Notes: generated by a model not told the origin, from the sequence alone. A stretch of DNA of 64,000 nt from Candidatus Magasanikbacteria bacterium RIFOXYC2_FULL_42_28 (GCA_001784435.1 MFQZ01000001.1:82340-146339), one strand, 5' to 3'; positions 41,476 to 51,499 are shown, counted from the stretch's first letter. Numbers and translations are program-made.

Positions 41476-42255
41476 CTATTTTAAACTAGACAACGCTTCA
41501 CCCAATTCTTGGGCTGAAGGAATACGGTGATGCCACGACGGATCATTTTCCATCATTTTAACGCCATGACCTTTTATCGTATTAGCAATAATCGCCAGGG
41601 GCTCACGGGAGATAGGTGTATTTAAAGCCGCGTAAATCTCATCGTGATCGTGGCCATCAATTTCAATTGTATCCCATCCAAAATATTTAAACTTCTCGGA
41701 CAAATTATTGACCAACAACGCTCGATCGGTGGAATGGTTGCTGTCAACAATACAACACAAATTAGAAAGTTTATGGTGCGCGGCGAGCAAAGATGACTCC
41801 CAAATAGTCCCTTCGTTGGCTTCGCCATCACCAATGAGCGCGAATACCCGAGCGGGGGTATTTTTAATTCTCAAAGCCAAAGCCATGCCAACCGCCATCG
41901 GGAAACCGTGTCCTAAAGAGCCGGTAGAGGCCTCAACACCCGGGACTTTGTTTCGGTCGGGATGGCCCCCCAACAAACTATCAAAACTTCCAAAACTACG
42001 CCACACTTCGTCGCTAAAAAAATTTTTACGCGCCAATACCGCGTATAAACCAAGTGAAGCGTGGCCTTTACTCAAAATAAATCTATCCCTATTTATATCT
42101 CTGGGATTTTTAGAATCTACCTTCAATACCCGATCGTAGAGCACCCATAAAATATCTAAAACAGACAGGGCGCTTGGTATATGTCCTTCGCCTGATTTAC
42201 TTCCAATCTCCAAAATCTCACTGATCATTTTTTTAATTTCGTTTGTCGCGAGCAT
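41476..42255 (-). CDS. Split transketolase, N-terminal TPP-binding subunit
   Basis: LSKGHA, GHP, TGSLGHG, GDGEANEG. Confidence 0.88.
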   Translation of the reverse strand: MLATNEIKKMISEILEIGSKSGEGHIPSALSVLDILWVLYDRVLKVDSKNPRDINRDRFILSKGHASLGLYAVLARKNFFSDEVWRSFGSFDSLLGGHPDRNKVPGVEASTGSLGHGFPMAVGMALALRIKNTPARVFALIGDGEANEGTIWESSLLAAHHKLSNLCCIVDSNHSTDRALLVNNLSEKFKYFGWDTIEIDGHDHDEIYAALNTPISREPLAIIANTIKGHGVKMMENDPSWHHRIPSAQELGEALSSLK

Positions 42256-42259
42256 AATT

Positions 42260-43213
42260 TTACGCAATCTTTTTTTTCATTTTATTTAAATCCGGCTCTT
42301 GGATATTTTCTAAATTAGCATGAATATTAAACCAATCACAAAAAGTTAATTCCCGATCGTTGCTTGCTTCACCATAGCGCAAATAGCGAAATTCTTTCAT
42401 CCGAGCATATTTATACCAATACAAATCCAAACTTTTTTCATCAACAATAATAAAATGTTCCGCCAATACCCGCCAACTATCGCGCAATGTCCACAAAAGT
42501 TGTCGGCCGATTTTTTGTAGATAACTCACGGATAAATAAACTTCCGGATAACTGGCGCTAACCTTTTTTAAATTTTTTCCTTCCTCGTCTGGCTCCGCTG
42601 AAAAATAATTCAATATATCATCAACATTACCAAATAAATTCATATCTGATACCCCATACAAACGATACTTAAAGGTATTTAAACTGACGCCGACAATTCT
42701 TTTTTTCTGCTTATAATCACCGACAACCGGAAATTTCTCTACAATATTACTCAAAAAAACTAGGGCGTTCGGATTATATATTCTTTGGTCAGTTCTAGTT
42801 TTACAAACATATTCTGCGCCTAATTGCCCGGCTTTTTTTATACCAACGAACGCGGAAATTAACTGAAAATTAACATTTTGTGCCCCCTTAACCACGGGCG
42901 GTTTATTTAAAATAATTTCAATACCCTCATTCTTTATTTTATCCACATATTCCGTTTTCTCATAATCCCAAGTAGATAAAATAATTATCGCCTCGGGAAA
43001 AATTTTTTTATACAATTTGATCGTTTCCAAAGTAAAATCTTCATCATAAACAATCGGCCCCTGAATTACGATGGCGACTTTGGAATATTTCAACGACTTG
43101 TCAGCTACAGTACCAATCTTATCTGCTCTTTTAGGACGTAAATGAAAAGTAAAAAAATACGGCAATGGTTTTTCAAATAAGTTAAATAATTTTTTAAGAA
43201 AACTCTTCAACAT
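42260..43213 (-). CDS. WavE-family polysaccharide synthesis protein
   Basis: IVIQGP, IILSTW, NVNFQ, KTRTDQ, SDMNLFG, YPE. Confidence 0.75.
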   Translation of the reverse strand: MLKSFLKKLFNLFEKPLPYFFTFHLRPKRADKIGTVADKSLKYSKVAIVIQGPIVYDEDFTLETIKLYKKIFPEAIIILSTWDYEKTEYVDKIKNEGIEIILNKPPVVKGAQNVNFQLISAFVGIKKAGQLGAEYVCKTRTDQRIYNPNALVFLSNIVEKFPVVGDYKQKKRIVGVSLNTFKYRLYGVSDMNLFGNVDDILNYFSAEPDEEGKNLKKVSASYPEVYLSVSYLQKIGRQLLWTLRDSWRVLAEHFIIVDEKSLDLYWYKYARMKEFRYLRYGEASNDRELTFCDWFNIHANLENIQEPDLNKMKKKIA

Positions 43214-43216
43214 ATC

Positions 43217-43657
43217 CTATTTATAATCATTCACATAATCACTGCAAATACCCAAACAGTTTGGTAACTTATCTTTAGCCAACCTTTCCCACACTACCAA
43301 AATATTTTTTCCTAAAACCAGCTTACCTGGATAAGTCCAAATATATCCTTTTGAAGTTAAGGTGTAGTCATCAGTTTGATGCCAAAAATAATTAAATCCA
43401 ACTTGCCCAGATATTAAATCCAAGACCTTTAAATTTTTGCAATGAATCCACAATTTATCTTTTTGCGCGGACAAAAATTCCGACGACGTTTTATACGTCG
43501 GCCGATCATGTCCAAGATATATTTGACCGCTATCGTCACCCCACAGATCGGTTTCCACGTCAAACCCAGCCGAAATAGCGGCCATAATATACGGTTCGCT
43601 GTTCTCCTGTTCCAAATTCGGCCCAGATAAATTGCCGCGGTGACTTATTAACAACAT
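43217..43657 (-). CDS. Short GDPD/PLC-like phosphodiesterase-fold protein
   Basis: ISHRGN, EN, FDVETDLW, LGHD, HCKN, ICSD. Confidence 0.65.
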   Translation of the reverse strand: MLLISHRGNLSGPNLEQENSEPYIMAAISAGFDVETDLWGDDSGQIYLGHDRPTYKTSSEFLSAQKDKLWIHCKNLKVLDLISGQVGFNYFWHQTDDYTLTSKGYIWTYPGKLVLGKNILVVWERLAKDKLPNCLGICSDYVNDYK

Positions 43658-43665
43658 ATGGAAAA

Positions 43666-44412
43666 TTATAACTTTATTTTATTTCCTTTGCTCCATTCCA
43701 AAAAACCAGCCAAATCCTCAGGCGTACCCATACCATGCATTTTCTCGGTAGGAATATCGTAGATATAAACTTTCTTGTCAGCCAAGATCAATTCGTTATA
43801 GCAGGGGCAAACATAAAATTGACCATTAAATTTTATATCTTTATTAATCATCGCTTCGGCCGCGGCCACATAATCACTGCCGTGTTTAAAATAATACAAA
43901 CCCACCGTGGCATTATCGGAAATAACTTTTTTCTCGGCGGTTTCAAGTGCCAAGCCGACAGCGTCAACCCGCACATAACTCCATTTAGGGTGGGTGGACT
44001 TAAAAGTCATCACGAGCCCATCGCCATTATTATCCAAGGCCTTTTGCAAAAAATCATTAATCGCCACATTAATATACTGGTCAGCGTTGGCGATTAACAG
44101 GCCATCCGCGGAATCAAGATATTGTTTAGCCGCCAGCACCGTGCAGGCCTGTCCGGCTGTGGGTCCACCCAAAAGCACAACTTCAAAATTGTTATTAGTG
44201 GCGCGTTTAAAAATATTATGCAGATCATATTTTTCATAATGATCCCGCTGACAGACAAAAATAAACCGATGCGGTACTTGGGGGCGCAGATTATTCACAA
44301 CTACTTCAATCATGGTCTTGCCGTTGACATCAATAATCGGCTTCGGGAAAGAATACCCCGCCATCTCAAAACTCTTGGCTCCACCTCCCATTGGTATTAA
44401 AATGTTTAGCAT
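43666..44412 (-). CDS. Nucleotidyltransferase-fold GT-A protein (BcbE-like)
   Basis: IPMGG, PKPIIDV, NADQ, KWSY, EKK, FYVCP, GTPEDL; ATG 44412 preferred. Confidence 0.75.
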   Translation of the reverse strand: MLNILIPMGGGAKSFEMAGYSFPKPIIDVNGKTMIEVVVNNLRPQVPHRFIFVCQRDHYEKYDLHNIFKRATNNNFEVVLLGGPTAGQACTVLAAKQYLDSADGLLIANADQYINVAINDFLQKALDNNGDGLVMTFKSTHPKWSYVRVDAVGLALETAEKKVISDNATVGLYYFKHGSDYVAAAEAMINKDIKFNGQFYVCPCYNELILADKKVYIYDIPTEKMHGMGTPEDLAGFLEWSKGNKIKL

Positions 44413-44422
44413 AGAAAAATAA

Positions 44423-45244
44423 TTATGGATTTTTAACCGGACAATTAGCAACAAAATTTTCTAAATCAGACGGCGTACCCAGACCCCACACCGTCGGCGT
44501 TAAAGCTGCTTGAAATTTATAACCATTTTCAATTAAATTTTGATACATCGGGGCGATATAAAATTCTTTTTTACCTTCGTCGCCGGTGAGTCGATTTTTC
44601 ACTATTGCATCTTCTACTTCATCAAAAAATACTTTCGCCTTGCTAAAATAATAAGCCCCAATGTTTGCGGGCGCGCCTTTTTTCATCAACTCAACATCTT
44701 TTTCTCCTACTTGAATAATTTCGTTTGTTCCGAATTTTAAAAGCGAATAACTCCAACGAGCAACGCCGTCATTAGGCGGAGTAAACACCGGAATAATTCC
44801 AGCCGTGTCAGGATTTTTATTCAAAATCAATTCGGCCAAAGCCGTGCCGTCAAAATAATGATCGGAATCAGATAATAAAATATCTTCGTCCGGAGCGCAA
44901 TATTTTTTGGCTTGATAAGCGGTTTCGGCGGCTCCTCTGGTTATTTCCGGCAAAATTATCACAGTTATTTCTTCACCATAAATATCTTTAAGCCCTCTTG
45001 ACAAGGCGTGGCCGGTTTCGTGCTCTTGTAAAATTATAAAAATCAAATCTTTGGCAGTAACTCGCAAAGAACCGCTAACCTTTTGATCTTTGTGTTCAAT
45101 AAACGGCAATGAGCCGGTGGCCCAACGCACCATCGGATAACCTTTTACATTAATAAACGGCTTGGGCTTGGCATACTCGGGATTGCGCTCGGCCTCTTTT
45201 TGAAAACGACTGCCTCGACCGGCCATTGGTATAATAACTTTCAT
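44423..45244 (-). CDS. Nucleotidyltransferase-fold GT-A protein (BcbE-like), second paralogue
   Basis: IPMAGRGSRF, PKPFI, TRGAAET, RWSY, EFYIAP, GTPSDL. Confidence 0.75.
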   Translation of the reverse strand: MKVIIPMAGRGSRFQKEAERNPEYAKPKPFINVKGYPMVRWATGSLPFIEHKDQKVSGSLRVTAKDLIFIILQEHETGHALSRGLKDIYGEEITVIILPEITRGAAETAYQAKKYCAPDEDILLSDSDHYFDGTALAELILNKNPDTAGIIPVFTPPNDGVARWSYSLLKFGTNEIIQVGEKDVELMKKGAPANIGAYYFSKAKVFFDEVEDAIVKNRLTGDEGKKEFYIAPMYQNLIENGYKFQAALTPTVWGLGTPSDLENFVANCPVKNP

Positions 45245-45252
45245 AATTAATT

Positions 45253-45579
45253 TTATTTTTTTATCAAATATTTATCACCTTTCACTGACGGCATTTTTAT
45301 CACGGTATTACTGCCACCCTCTAAACATTTAAAACTGGTTGGCTGTCCCGGTTCCAACACGACAATATCACCCGCCTTTATTTGTTGACCGCCCATTTCG
45401 TAAACACCAGAATGGATAATCGTAATTTCTGTGGCCACTTTATGAACATGCTCCGGTTCGCTATCGCCCGCCTCATAATACTTAACACACACTTCAAAGT
45501 CCTTGGTTTTAATTATACTCGGCTCAAAATCCCCGACTACCCAACCCCGAATAAAATCTGGTAATTTAAAAATTTTCAT
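45253..45579 (-). CDS. Cupin-fold protein
   Basis: GWVVGDFEP, HVHKVATE, PSVKGDKY. Confidence 0.75.
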   Translation of the reverse strand: MKIFKLPDFIRGWVVGDFEPSIIKTKDFEVCVKYYEAGDSEPEHVHKVATEITIIHSGVYEMGGQQIKAGDIVVLEPGQPTSFKCLEGGSNTVIKMPSVKGDKYLIKK

Positions 45580-45583
45580 AGAT

Positions 45584-46201
45584 TTACCCGCCAACTTCGG
45601 TTAAGTCATCAAACAAACTAATATCCACATCTTGCACGTCGCGCACCTCAATTACTTTTACTCCACTTGCCTTGGCTGACGCGATACCATGGGGGGCGTC
45701 TTCCACGGCCACGCATTCTTCCGGTCTTAAATTCATCTTTTGCAGAGCCGAGAGATATATTTCCGGATCGGGCTTGGTTTTTTTCACTTCGTCATTACCA
45801 ATAATAAAATCAAAATGATCGAAAAGTTGAGCGGATTTTAACATGTAATGCAAGGTCTCTCGGATGGAATTAGACACGCAGGCCAAAGCAAAACCGCGCC
45901 GTTTTAACTCTTTTAACATTATAATCTTGGAATAATTCGGTATGCAATATTTAGGAATAATTTCTTTGGTGTATTTCTGCTTAATATTATTGACTGTCTC
46001 CATGAGCCCAACCGGCAAACGCCCGCTCTCTTCCAACATTTGAATTTTTTTTCTGGAGGACAAACCATTAAACGAGTTGTAATGCTCCTCCAGTTCAATG
46101 GCCGCTCCGAACAGACCCAACGCCCTGTTTAAGGCCTCATAATGGCCATTGGGCATATCTACCAAAACTCCATCTAAATCAAATAAAATTGCTTTGATCA
46201 T
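45584..46201 (-). CDS. HAD-family phosphatase
   Basis: FDLDGVLVD, VSNS, KPDPEIY, EDAPHG. Confidence 0.88.
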   Translation of the reverse strand: MIKAILFDLDGVLVDMPNGHYEALNRALGLFGAAIELEEHYNSFNGLSSRKKIQMLEESGRLPVGLMETVNNIKQKYTKEIIPKYCIPNYSKIIMLKELKRRGFALACVSNSIRETLHYMLKSAQLFDHFDFIIGNDEVKKTKPDPEIYLSALQKMNLRPEECVAVEDAPHGIASAKASGVKVIEVRDVQDVDISLFDDLTEVGG

Positions 46202-46205
46202 ACAT

Positions 46206-47024
46206 TTAGATCACATCCGCAAAATAACGTTCAACTTTCCTAAAATAGAAATAACCTAACAAACAATAAACCACCATGCTAATAGCCGAAATCCCCAGTA
46301 ATTGCCAATCTACCTGACCGATACCAAGAATACTAACACGCGCCGAATCAATAATGCCAGCCATCGGATTTAAACCTAAAATCCACCTGAAACGCTCACT
46401 AATTATACTAACTGGATAAATAACCGGAGTCATAAAAATTAAAAGCTGGATGAAAAACGGTAAAATAAATCTGACATCACGATATTTAACATTAAGTGAC
46501 CCGAACAATAATCCGATTCCTAGGGTTGAAAAAATTGTCATTACTACTAATACCGGAAAGAGAAAAATCCCAATTAACGAAGGGGTATAGTGATAGTAAA
46601 TTAACATCCCAACCAAAATTATACTGGCAATTACAAAATCAACAATATTGGTAATAATTGATGAAATTGGTAAAATAATTCTAGGAAAATAAATTTTTGT
46701 AACGATCCGCTCATTCTCCATAAAAGTATTACTGGCATGAGACAAACCGGAAGAGAATAATATCCAAAAAACTAGCCCGGCATAAACAAAAATGGGGTAT
46801 GGAACACCATCGGATGGCATCTTGGCGAATTTGCCAAAAAAAATAGTAAAAACAATCATGGTGACAAACGGCTGAAAAATCGCCCAAACAGCTCCGACTA
46901 CCGTTTGTTTGTATTTCACTTTAACATCACGCCAAGTTAAAAAATAAAATAAATCACGAAATAGCCAAATCTCTCGCCAATCTAATCGCCACCATTTATT
47001 TTTCGGTCGAATAATTAGTTCCAT
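46206..47024 (-). CDS. wzm: Polysaccharide ABC exporter permease
   Basis: RDVKVKYKQT, KIYFPR, YRDV, TPVIYP, LNP, FADVI. Confidence 0.92.
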   Translation of the reverse strand: MELIIRPKNKWWRLDWREIWLFRDLFYFLTWRDVKVKYKQTVVGAVWAIFQPFVTMIVFTIFFGKFAKMPSDGVPYPIFVYAGLVFWILFSSGLSHASNTFMENERIVTKIYFPRIILPISSIITNIVDFVIASIILVGMLIYYHYTPSLIGIFLFPVLVVMTIFSTLGIGLLFGSLNVKYRDVRFILPFFIQLLIFMTPVIYPVSIISERFRWILGLNPMAGIIDSARVSILGIGQVDWQLLGISAISMVVYCLLGYFYFRKVERYFADVI

Positions 47025-47079
47025 ATAATATACTCAAAACTTAATTTTATATTTCCACACTTAAATTAAGCGTGCGGAA

Positions 47080-47325
47080 CTACCAATTCTTTGTGACTTC
47101 GATAGTTTTACGTCTAACTTTTTGATAAAAATTTGTGGCCTTTTCGTCAACTTCGGGCGACAACATTTTAAGCAATTCATGACCAAAAATACGATACTGT
47201 TTACCAATTTTGTTGGCCTTAATTAGGCCATGCTTTAACAGGCGTTTCATAGTGCTACTGCTCACTTTTAACAATTCTTGAGCTTCTTGGGTGGTATACA
47301 CCTCATTTGGCTTAATTTCGGCCAT
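47080..47325 (-). CDS. Small excisionase/BldC-like (HTH_17) DNA-binding protein
   Basis: VYTTQEAQELLKVSSSTMKRLLKHGLIKANKIGKQYRI. Confidence 0.85.
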   Translation of the reverse strand: MAEIKPNEVYTTQEAQELLKVSSSTMKRLLKHGLIKANKIGKQYRIFGHELLKMLSPEVDEKATNFYQKVRRKTIEVTKNW

Positions 47326-47352
47326 ATTTTAACAAAAAAATAACACCTATTC

Positions 47353-47382
47353 ATTATACCATAAGGTGTCATTGGGTGTCAA
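47353..47382 (-). promoter_or_regulatory. Sigma70 promoter of the HTH-glycan operon
   Basis: TTGACA-18 bp-TATAAT with an extended -10 TG. Confidence 0.75.
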
Positions 47383-47391
47383 AAGGTGTCA
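47365..47391. repeat. Three GGTGTCA direct repeats at 10-bp period (probable operator)
   Basis: Copies at 47365, 47375 and 47385; inverted variant TAACACC at 47341-47347. Confidence 0.8.
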
Positions 47392-47396
47392 AAAAG

Positions 47397-47405
47397 TTAT
47401 CCACA
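47397..47405 (+). promoter_or_regulatory. DnaA-box consensus
   Basis: TTATCCACA. Confidence 0.6.
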
Positions 47406-47412
47406 GGTCGGA

Positions 47413-48369
47413 TCAACAATGATCTTGTTTTTTATACCACTCATAAGTTGCCACCACCCCCGCTCTCAACTCTATTTTTGGTTTCCAGCCCATGGCCATA
47501 ATTTTAGAAACGTCCAGTAATTTTTGCGAGGTGCCATCTGGCTTGGTTTTATCCCAAATAATTTCTCCTTCAAAGCCAACAGCGTTTTTAATTAATTCCA
47601 CTAATTCCTTAATGGTCAAATCCGTCCCAGTACCGAGGTTAACAAAGATGTGGCCTTGTTCGTTTTGGTCTTGGGTAGGATTAAAATTATTCATCAAAAA
47701 TAAACAACCATCCGCCATATCACCCACGTTTAAAAATTCGCGCCTCGGTTTTCCAGTACCCCACGCCTCCACCTCTTTAAGACCACTTACTTTCGCATCG
47801 TGAAATTTGCGAAGTAGCGCCGGTAAAACGTGCGAATTTTTTAAATCAAAATTGTCATTAACACCGTACAAATTAGTCGGCATCGCCGCGATAAAATTTG
47901 TGCCATATTGACGATTGTAACTTTGGCACATTTTTAAGCCGGCAATCTTCGCGATGGCATAGGGCTCGTTAGTTTGTTCCAGTGGACCGGTAAGCAAATA
48001 TTCTTCCTTAATTGGTTGGGAACAGGCCTTGGGATAAATACAAGAAGAGCCAAGAAATAATAATTTTTTTATTTTATTTAAATAAGCATTATGAATAATG
48101 TTGTTTTGAATTTGTAAATTTTCATAAATAAATTGCGCGTGGTAAGTGCTATTAGCCACAATACCGCCCACCCGAGCGGCCGCCAAAAAAACATACTGGG
48201 GGGGTTCGTGCGCAAAAAAATCCGCTACCGCGCGCTGATCCAGCAGGTCCAACTCCTGGTGCGTTTTTAAAACCAAATTTTTATATCCGTCGGATAGTAG
48301 TTTTCTGACAATCGCCGAGCCAACCAATCCGCGGTGGCCGGCAACATATATTTTAGAATTTTTCTCCAT
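47413..48369 (-). CDS. fcl: GDP-L-fucose synthase
   Basis: [41 protein letters not shown]. Confidence 0.93.
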   Translation of the reverse strand: MEKNSKIYVAGHRGLVGSAIVRKLLSDGYKNLVLKTHQELDLLDQRAVADFFAHEPPQYVFLAAARVGGIVANSTYHAQFIYENLQIQNNIIHNAYLNKIKKLLFLGSSCIYPKACSQPIKEEYLLTGPLEQTNEPYAIAKIAGLKMCQSYNRQYGTNFIAAMPTNLYGVNDNFDLKNSHVLPALLRKFHDAKVSGLKEVEAWGTGKPRREFLNVGDMADGCLFLMNNFNPTQDQNEQGHIFVNLGTGTDLTIKELVELIKNAVGFEGEIIWDKTKPDGTSQKLLDVSKIMAMGWKPKIELRAGVVATYEWYKKQDHC

Positions 48370-49381
48370 ACTTTTCCGCTTCACACATAATTTTAACTAA
48401 TTCTTTAAATTTTGTTTTTGGGTTCCAACCCAACTTAGTTCTGGCTTTGCTCGGGTCACCTAATAAGGAATCTACTTCTGACGGACGAAAATATTTTTCA
48501 TCAACTTCAATTAATGTTTTGCCGGTTTTTTTATCTACGCCTTTTTCTTTTAACTCTTTACCTTCCCATACCAAATCAAAACCAAAATATTTGGCCACCT
48601 CTTCGGCAAACTCACGCACGCTATGATTTTCACCAGTCGCGACTACATAATCATCGGGTTTATCTTGTTGTAACATGAGCCACATCGCTTCCACATAGTC
48701 CAACGCGTATCCCCAATCGCGTTTGGCGTCCAAATTACCCAAATACAATTTCTCTTGCTCGCCACGGGCGATTTTTGCCAATGCTTCGGTAATTTTTTTT
48801 GTGACAAATGTGCCACCCCGACGCGGACTTTCGTGATTGAACAAAATTCCATTACAAACAAACATGTTATACGCTTCGCGATAATTTACGGCGATATTGT
48901 GTGAATAAACCTTGGCGCAAGCATACGGGCTACGCGGATGAAACGTGCTATTTTCGTTCTGCGGCGGTTTAGTTGAGCCAAACATTTCTGACGAACCGGC
49001 CTGATAAAATTTCACTTTTAAACCAGAATCACGAATCGCGTCTAGCAGACGCAACGTACCCAGTCCGTCGGCATCGGCCGTATATTCGGGAATTTCAAAA
49101 CTTACTTTGACGTGGCTTTGCGCGCCTAAATTATAAATTTCATCGGGGTGGACCTTTTCTAAAATCCGATTTAAATTACTGCCGTCAGTTAAATCGCCGT
49201 AATGTAAAAATAATTTCGCACCTTTATCATGCGGGTCGCGGTAAATATGGTCAATTCGTTCGGTATTAAAACTGCTGGAACGACGGATGATACCGTGGAC
49301 TTCATATCCTTTGCCAATTAAAAATTCAGCCAGATACGAACCATCTTGGCCGGTGATACCGGTGATTAGGGCTTTTTTCAT
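48353..49381 (-). CDS. gmd: GDP-mannose 4,6-dehydratase
   Basis: [40 protein letters not shown]. Confidence 0.95.
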   Translation of the reverse strand: MKKALITGITGQDGSYLAEFLIGKGYEVHGIIRRSSSFNTERIDHIYRDPHDKGAKLFLHYGDLTDGSNLNRILEKVHPDEIYNLGAQSHVKVSFEIPEYTADADGLGTLRLLDAIRDSGLKVKFYQAGSSEMFGSTKPPQNENSTFHPRSPYACAKVYSHNIAVNYREAYNMFVCNGILFNHESPRRGGTFVTKKITEALAKIARGEQEKLYLGNLDAKRDWGYALDYVEAMWLMLQQDKPDDYVVATGENHSVREFAEEVAKYFGFDLVWEGKELKEKGVDKKTGKTLIEVDEKYFRPSEVDSLLGDPSKARTKLGWNPKTKFKELVKIMCEAEKYGEKF

Positions 49382-49384
49382 AAA

Positions 49385-51499
49385 TTATTTTTTCTTAATA
49401 ACCGGCGCTTTGGCCTGCTGTTGGGCCATAATAATTTGGGCGACTACCTGGTTGCCTTGTTCGTCCCAAATAATTTGATTTTCGTTGGCGCGATTAATTA
49501 CTGCCAGCGCTTGTTCCGGTTGGTTATTCATTTGATAAATTAACGCCAGACGCCAATAGCCTTCAGCAATTTTAGAATTGTCAGTGATACTTTGCTCTAA
49601 CATCGCTATTGACTCCGCGCTTTTGCCCAGCATACTTCCCAAGCCGGATAAGGAATAAATAATTTGCTGTCGTTTAGGTGAATGGCGCAAGGCATCTTTC
49701 AAAAATCCTTCCGCTTCCAGATAATAATTATTATCCTTGGTAATATCCGCGCCGATTTGCGCCAATTGCGAGAGTGAAATTTGGTTGCGGATATCTAATG
49801 GGTGAAGCGTCAAATTCTTTTTTAATTCCGAATAAACAATTTCCCAAATTTCTTTACTCGCGTCCGCGCCAATTTTATCGCGCGAAGAATAAAGCAGTTG
49901 CGCGGCACTGCGACCAATATCAGCGCGAATGTCGTCAATGTGAGGTGAGGAAAAAGCTAAAACCTTTTTCATTTCTATAATCGCCAAAACTGGATTTTGC
50001 TGGAGTAAACGCAAAACATTTAACGTGCTGGTGTTGGCACGGGCGGGTTGGATGTTAAAAAGAAAAATAACAATTAGACAAGCGACAGCAACAGTACCGA
50101 CGATGCCAGTGCCGATTTGACGATTGATTGACGTTGAAGGAATGATTAGATTTTTTTTATTATGTACGTCAATGCTATTGGCAACTTTAAGGGATCCTTC
50201 GCTGCGCTCAGGATGACAATGGGCGGACATACTATTAATAAGCGCCAGCCAAAACATAAAATATAAATAGGAAGTGGGATTTTCAAATACGGTAACATTA
50301 CCCACCAAATGCGCGACTAAAAAGGCCATGCCAACTACAACAATATGCGGCTCCAACCCCGACCGCTTCCAAGCGTAAAATAAACCGGCAATGCCAACCG
50401 CAAAAATGGCCAGATAAGTAATAATGCCAAATGCCCCCTGCACCGCCAAGGTATTGACAATGATATTATGCGCGTTATCAAACCAGGTCTCGCCATAACC
50501 GAAATCCAGCGACCGGGCGCGATAATGCGCGTTAAACGCGTAAAAATAATTATTCGGTCCCCAACCAAAAAATGGCTTCTCTTGCCACGATTCCACCGCG
50601 ATTTCCCAAGCAATCCAGCGCGGGCTATTTTTCAAATCGGTAAATGAGGTGTTAACAGTGCGGCCAACCGCCGGGATATTTTTGACAAAATCAGTAGAAC
50701 GAAACCCGACTAACAAAGCAACAACCAAACAACCAAACACCGCTAGACCTGATAAAATATAACGCGCTTTTTTGTTTTCTTTTAAAACGATAATATAACC
50801 AATAATCGCCGTGCCAATACCGGCCAACAACCCGAGCATGGAACCGCGCGTACCACTATAAAATAACCCGAGCGCGGCCAAAACCCCAGCGACTGCTATG
50901 GCAATTTTGCCAATGGTGTTTTTTTCTTTCACGTACAAAAGATAACTGACAAAACATAAAAATAGGCCGTAACCACCGACATAAATAGAATTACCCAAAC
51001 TACTATTCACGCGTTCCGATCCTTGATTTAACAACAAATTCGGGTCTGCTATTTTTTGAAAAATACCAATCAACATTACCAACGAACCCGCACTCAAAAA
51101 CCCAACTAACGCCCACTTCCAATCGGTCCAATTTTTAAACACCGCCGTAGCGATAAAATAATAAGCAACGTAATGAAAAATTGTGAATAATCCTAACATG
51201 CGTTCGTGGTTGTCCCAAAAACTATGATACGGGTCCGGACCGACAAAAGTAGAGATGGTAAAACTTAATAAAAAAGCCGCCATTACTAAATTTAAGGCGG
51301 TGAATTTGGGTTTGTATTCTTGCCAATTAATGATAAGTAAAAGCGCGTAAGCGCCCAACATCAAAGTTACCAAGGACCGAAAAAATAAGATTTTTGGCAC
51401 GATAAACGGGAAAATAAAAGATGACGGTATCACCACGAGCGGAGTTAAAAAAGTGGCGTAAATTAAAATTTTTACGGCGATTTCAAGGTTGCGTTTCAT
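49385..51499 (-). CDS. O-antigen ligase/O-oligosaccharyltransferase family protein with C-terminal TPR repeats
   Basis: About 12 TM helices; SGTRGS, GWGPNN, DNAHN; helical TPR-like tail. Confidence 0.85.
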   Translation of the reverse strand: MKRNLEIAVKILIYATFLTPLVVIPSSFIFPFIVPKILFFRSLVTLMLGAYALLLIINWQEYKPKFTALNLVMAAFLLSFTISTFVGPDPYHSFWDNHERMLGLFTIFHYVAYYFIATAVFKNWTDWKWALVGFLSAGSLVMLIGIFQKIADPNLLLNQGSERVNSSLGNSIYVGGYGLFLCFVSYLLYVKEKNTIGKIAIAVAGVLAALGLFYSGTRGSMLGLLAGIGTAIIGYIIVLKENKKARYILSGLAVFGCLVVALLVGFRSTDFVKNIPAVGRTVNTSFTDLKNSPRWIAWEIAVESWQEKPFFGWGPNNYFYAFNAHYRARSLDFGYGETWFDNAHNIIVNTLAVQGAFGIITYLAIFAVGIAGLFYAWKRSGLEPHIVVVGMAFLVAHLVGNVTVFENPTSYLYFMFWLALINSMSAHCHPERSEGSLKVANSIDVHNKKNLIIPSTSINRQIGTGIVGTVAVACLIVIFLFNIQPARANTSTLNVLRLLQQNPVLAIIEMKKVLAFSSPHIDDIRADIGRSAAQLLYSSRDKIGADASKEIWEIVYSELKKNLTLHPLDIRNQISLSQLAQIGADITKDNNYYLEAEGFLKDALRHSPKRQQIIYSLSGLGSMLGKSAESIAMLEQSITDNSKIAEGYWRLALIYQMNNQPEQALAVINRANENQIIWDEQGNQVVAQIIMAQQQAKAPVIKKK
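50187..50218. repeat. REP-like palindromic element (GATCC..GGATGACA family), in frame within the CDS
   Basis: TTAAGGGATCCTTCGCTGCGCTCAGGATGACA, translated as CHPERSEGSL. Confidence 0.7.

Noticed and set aside
47080-47325. Prophage or ICE excisionase
   Set aside because: No integrase, att site or phage genes nearby; context favours a regulator
48198-48204. G7 run in fcl and several A/T 8-9 runs (e.g. 10187-10195)
   Set aside because: Reading frames are intact and such A/T runs are expected at this base composition
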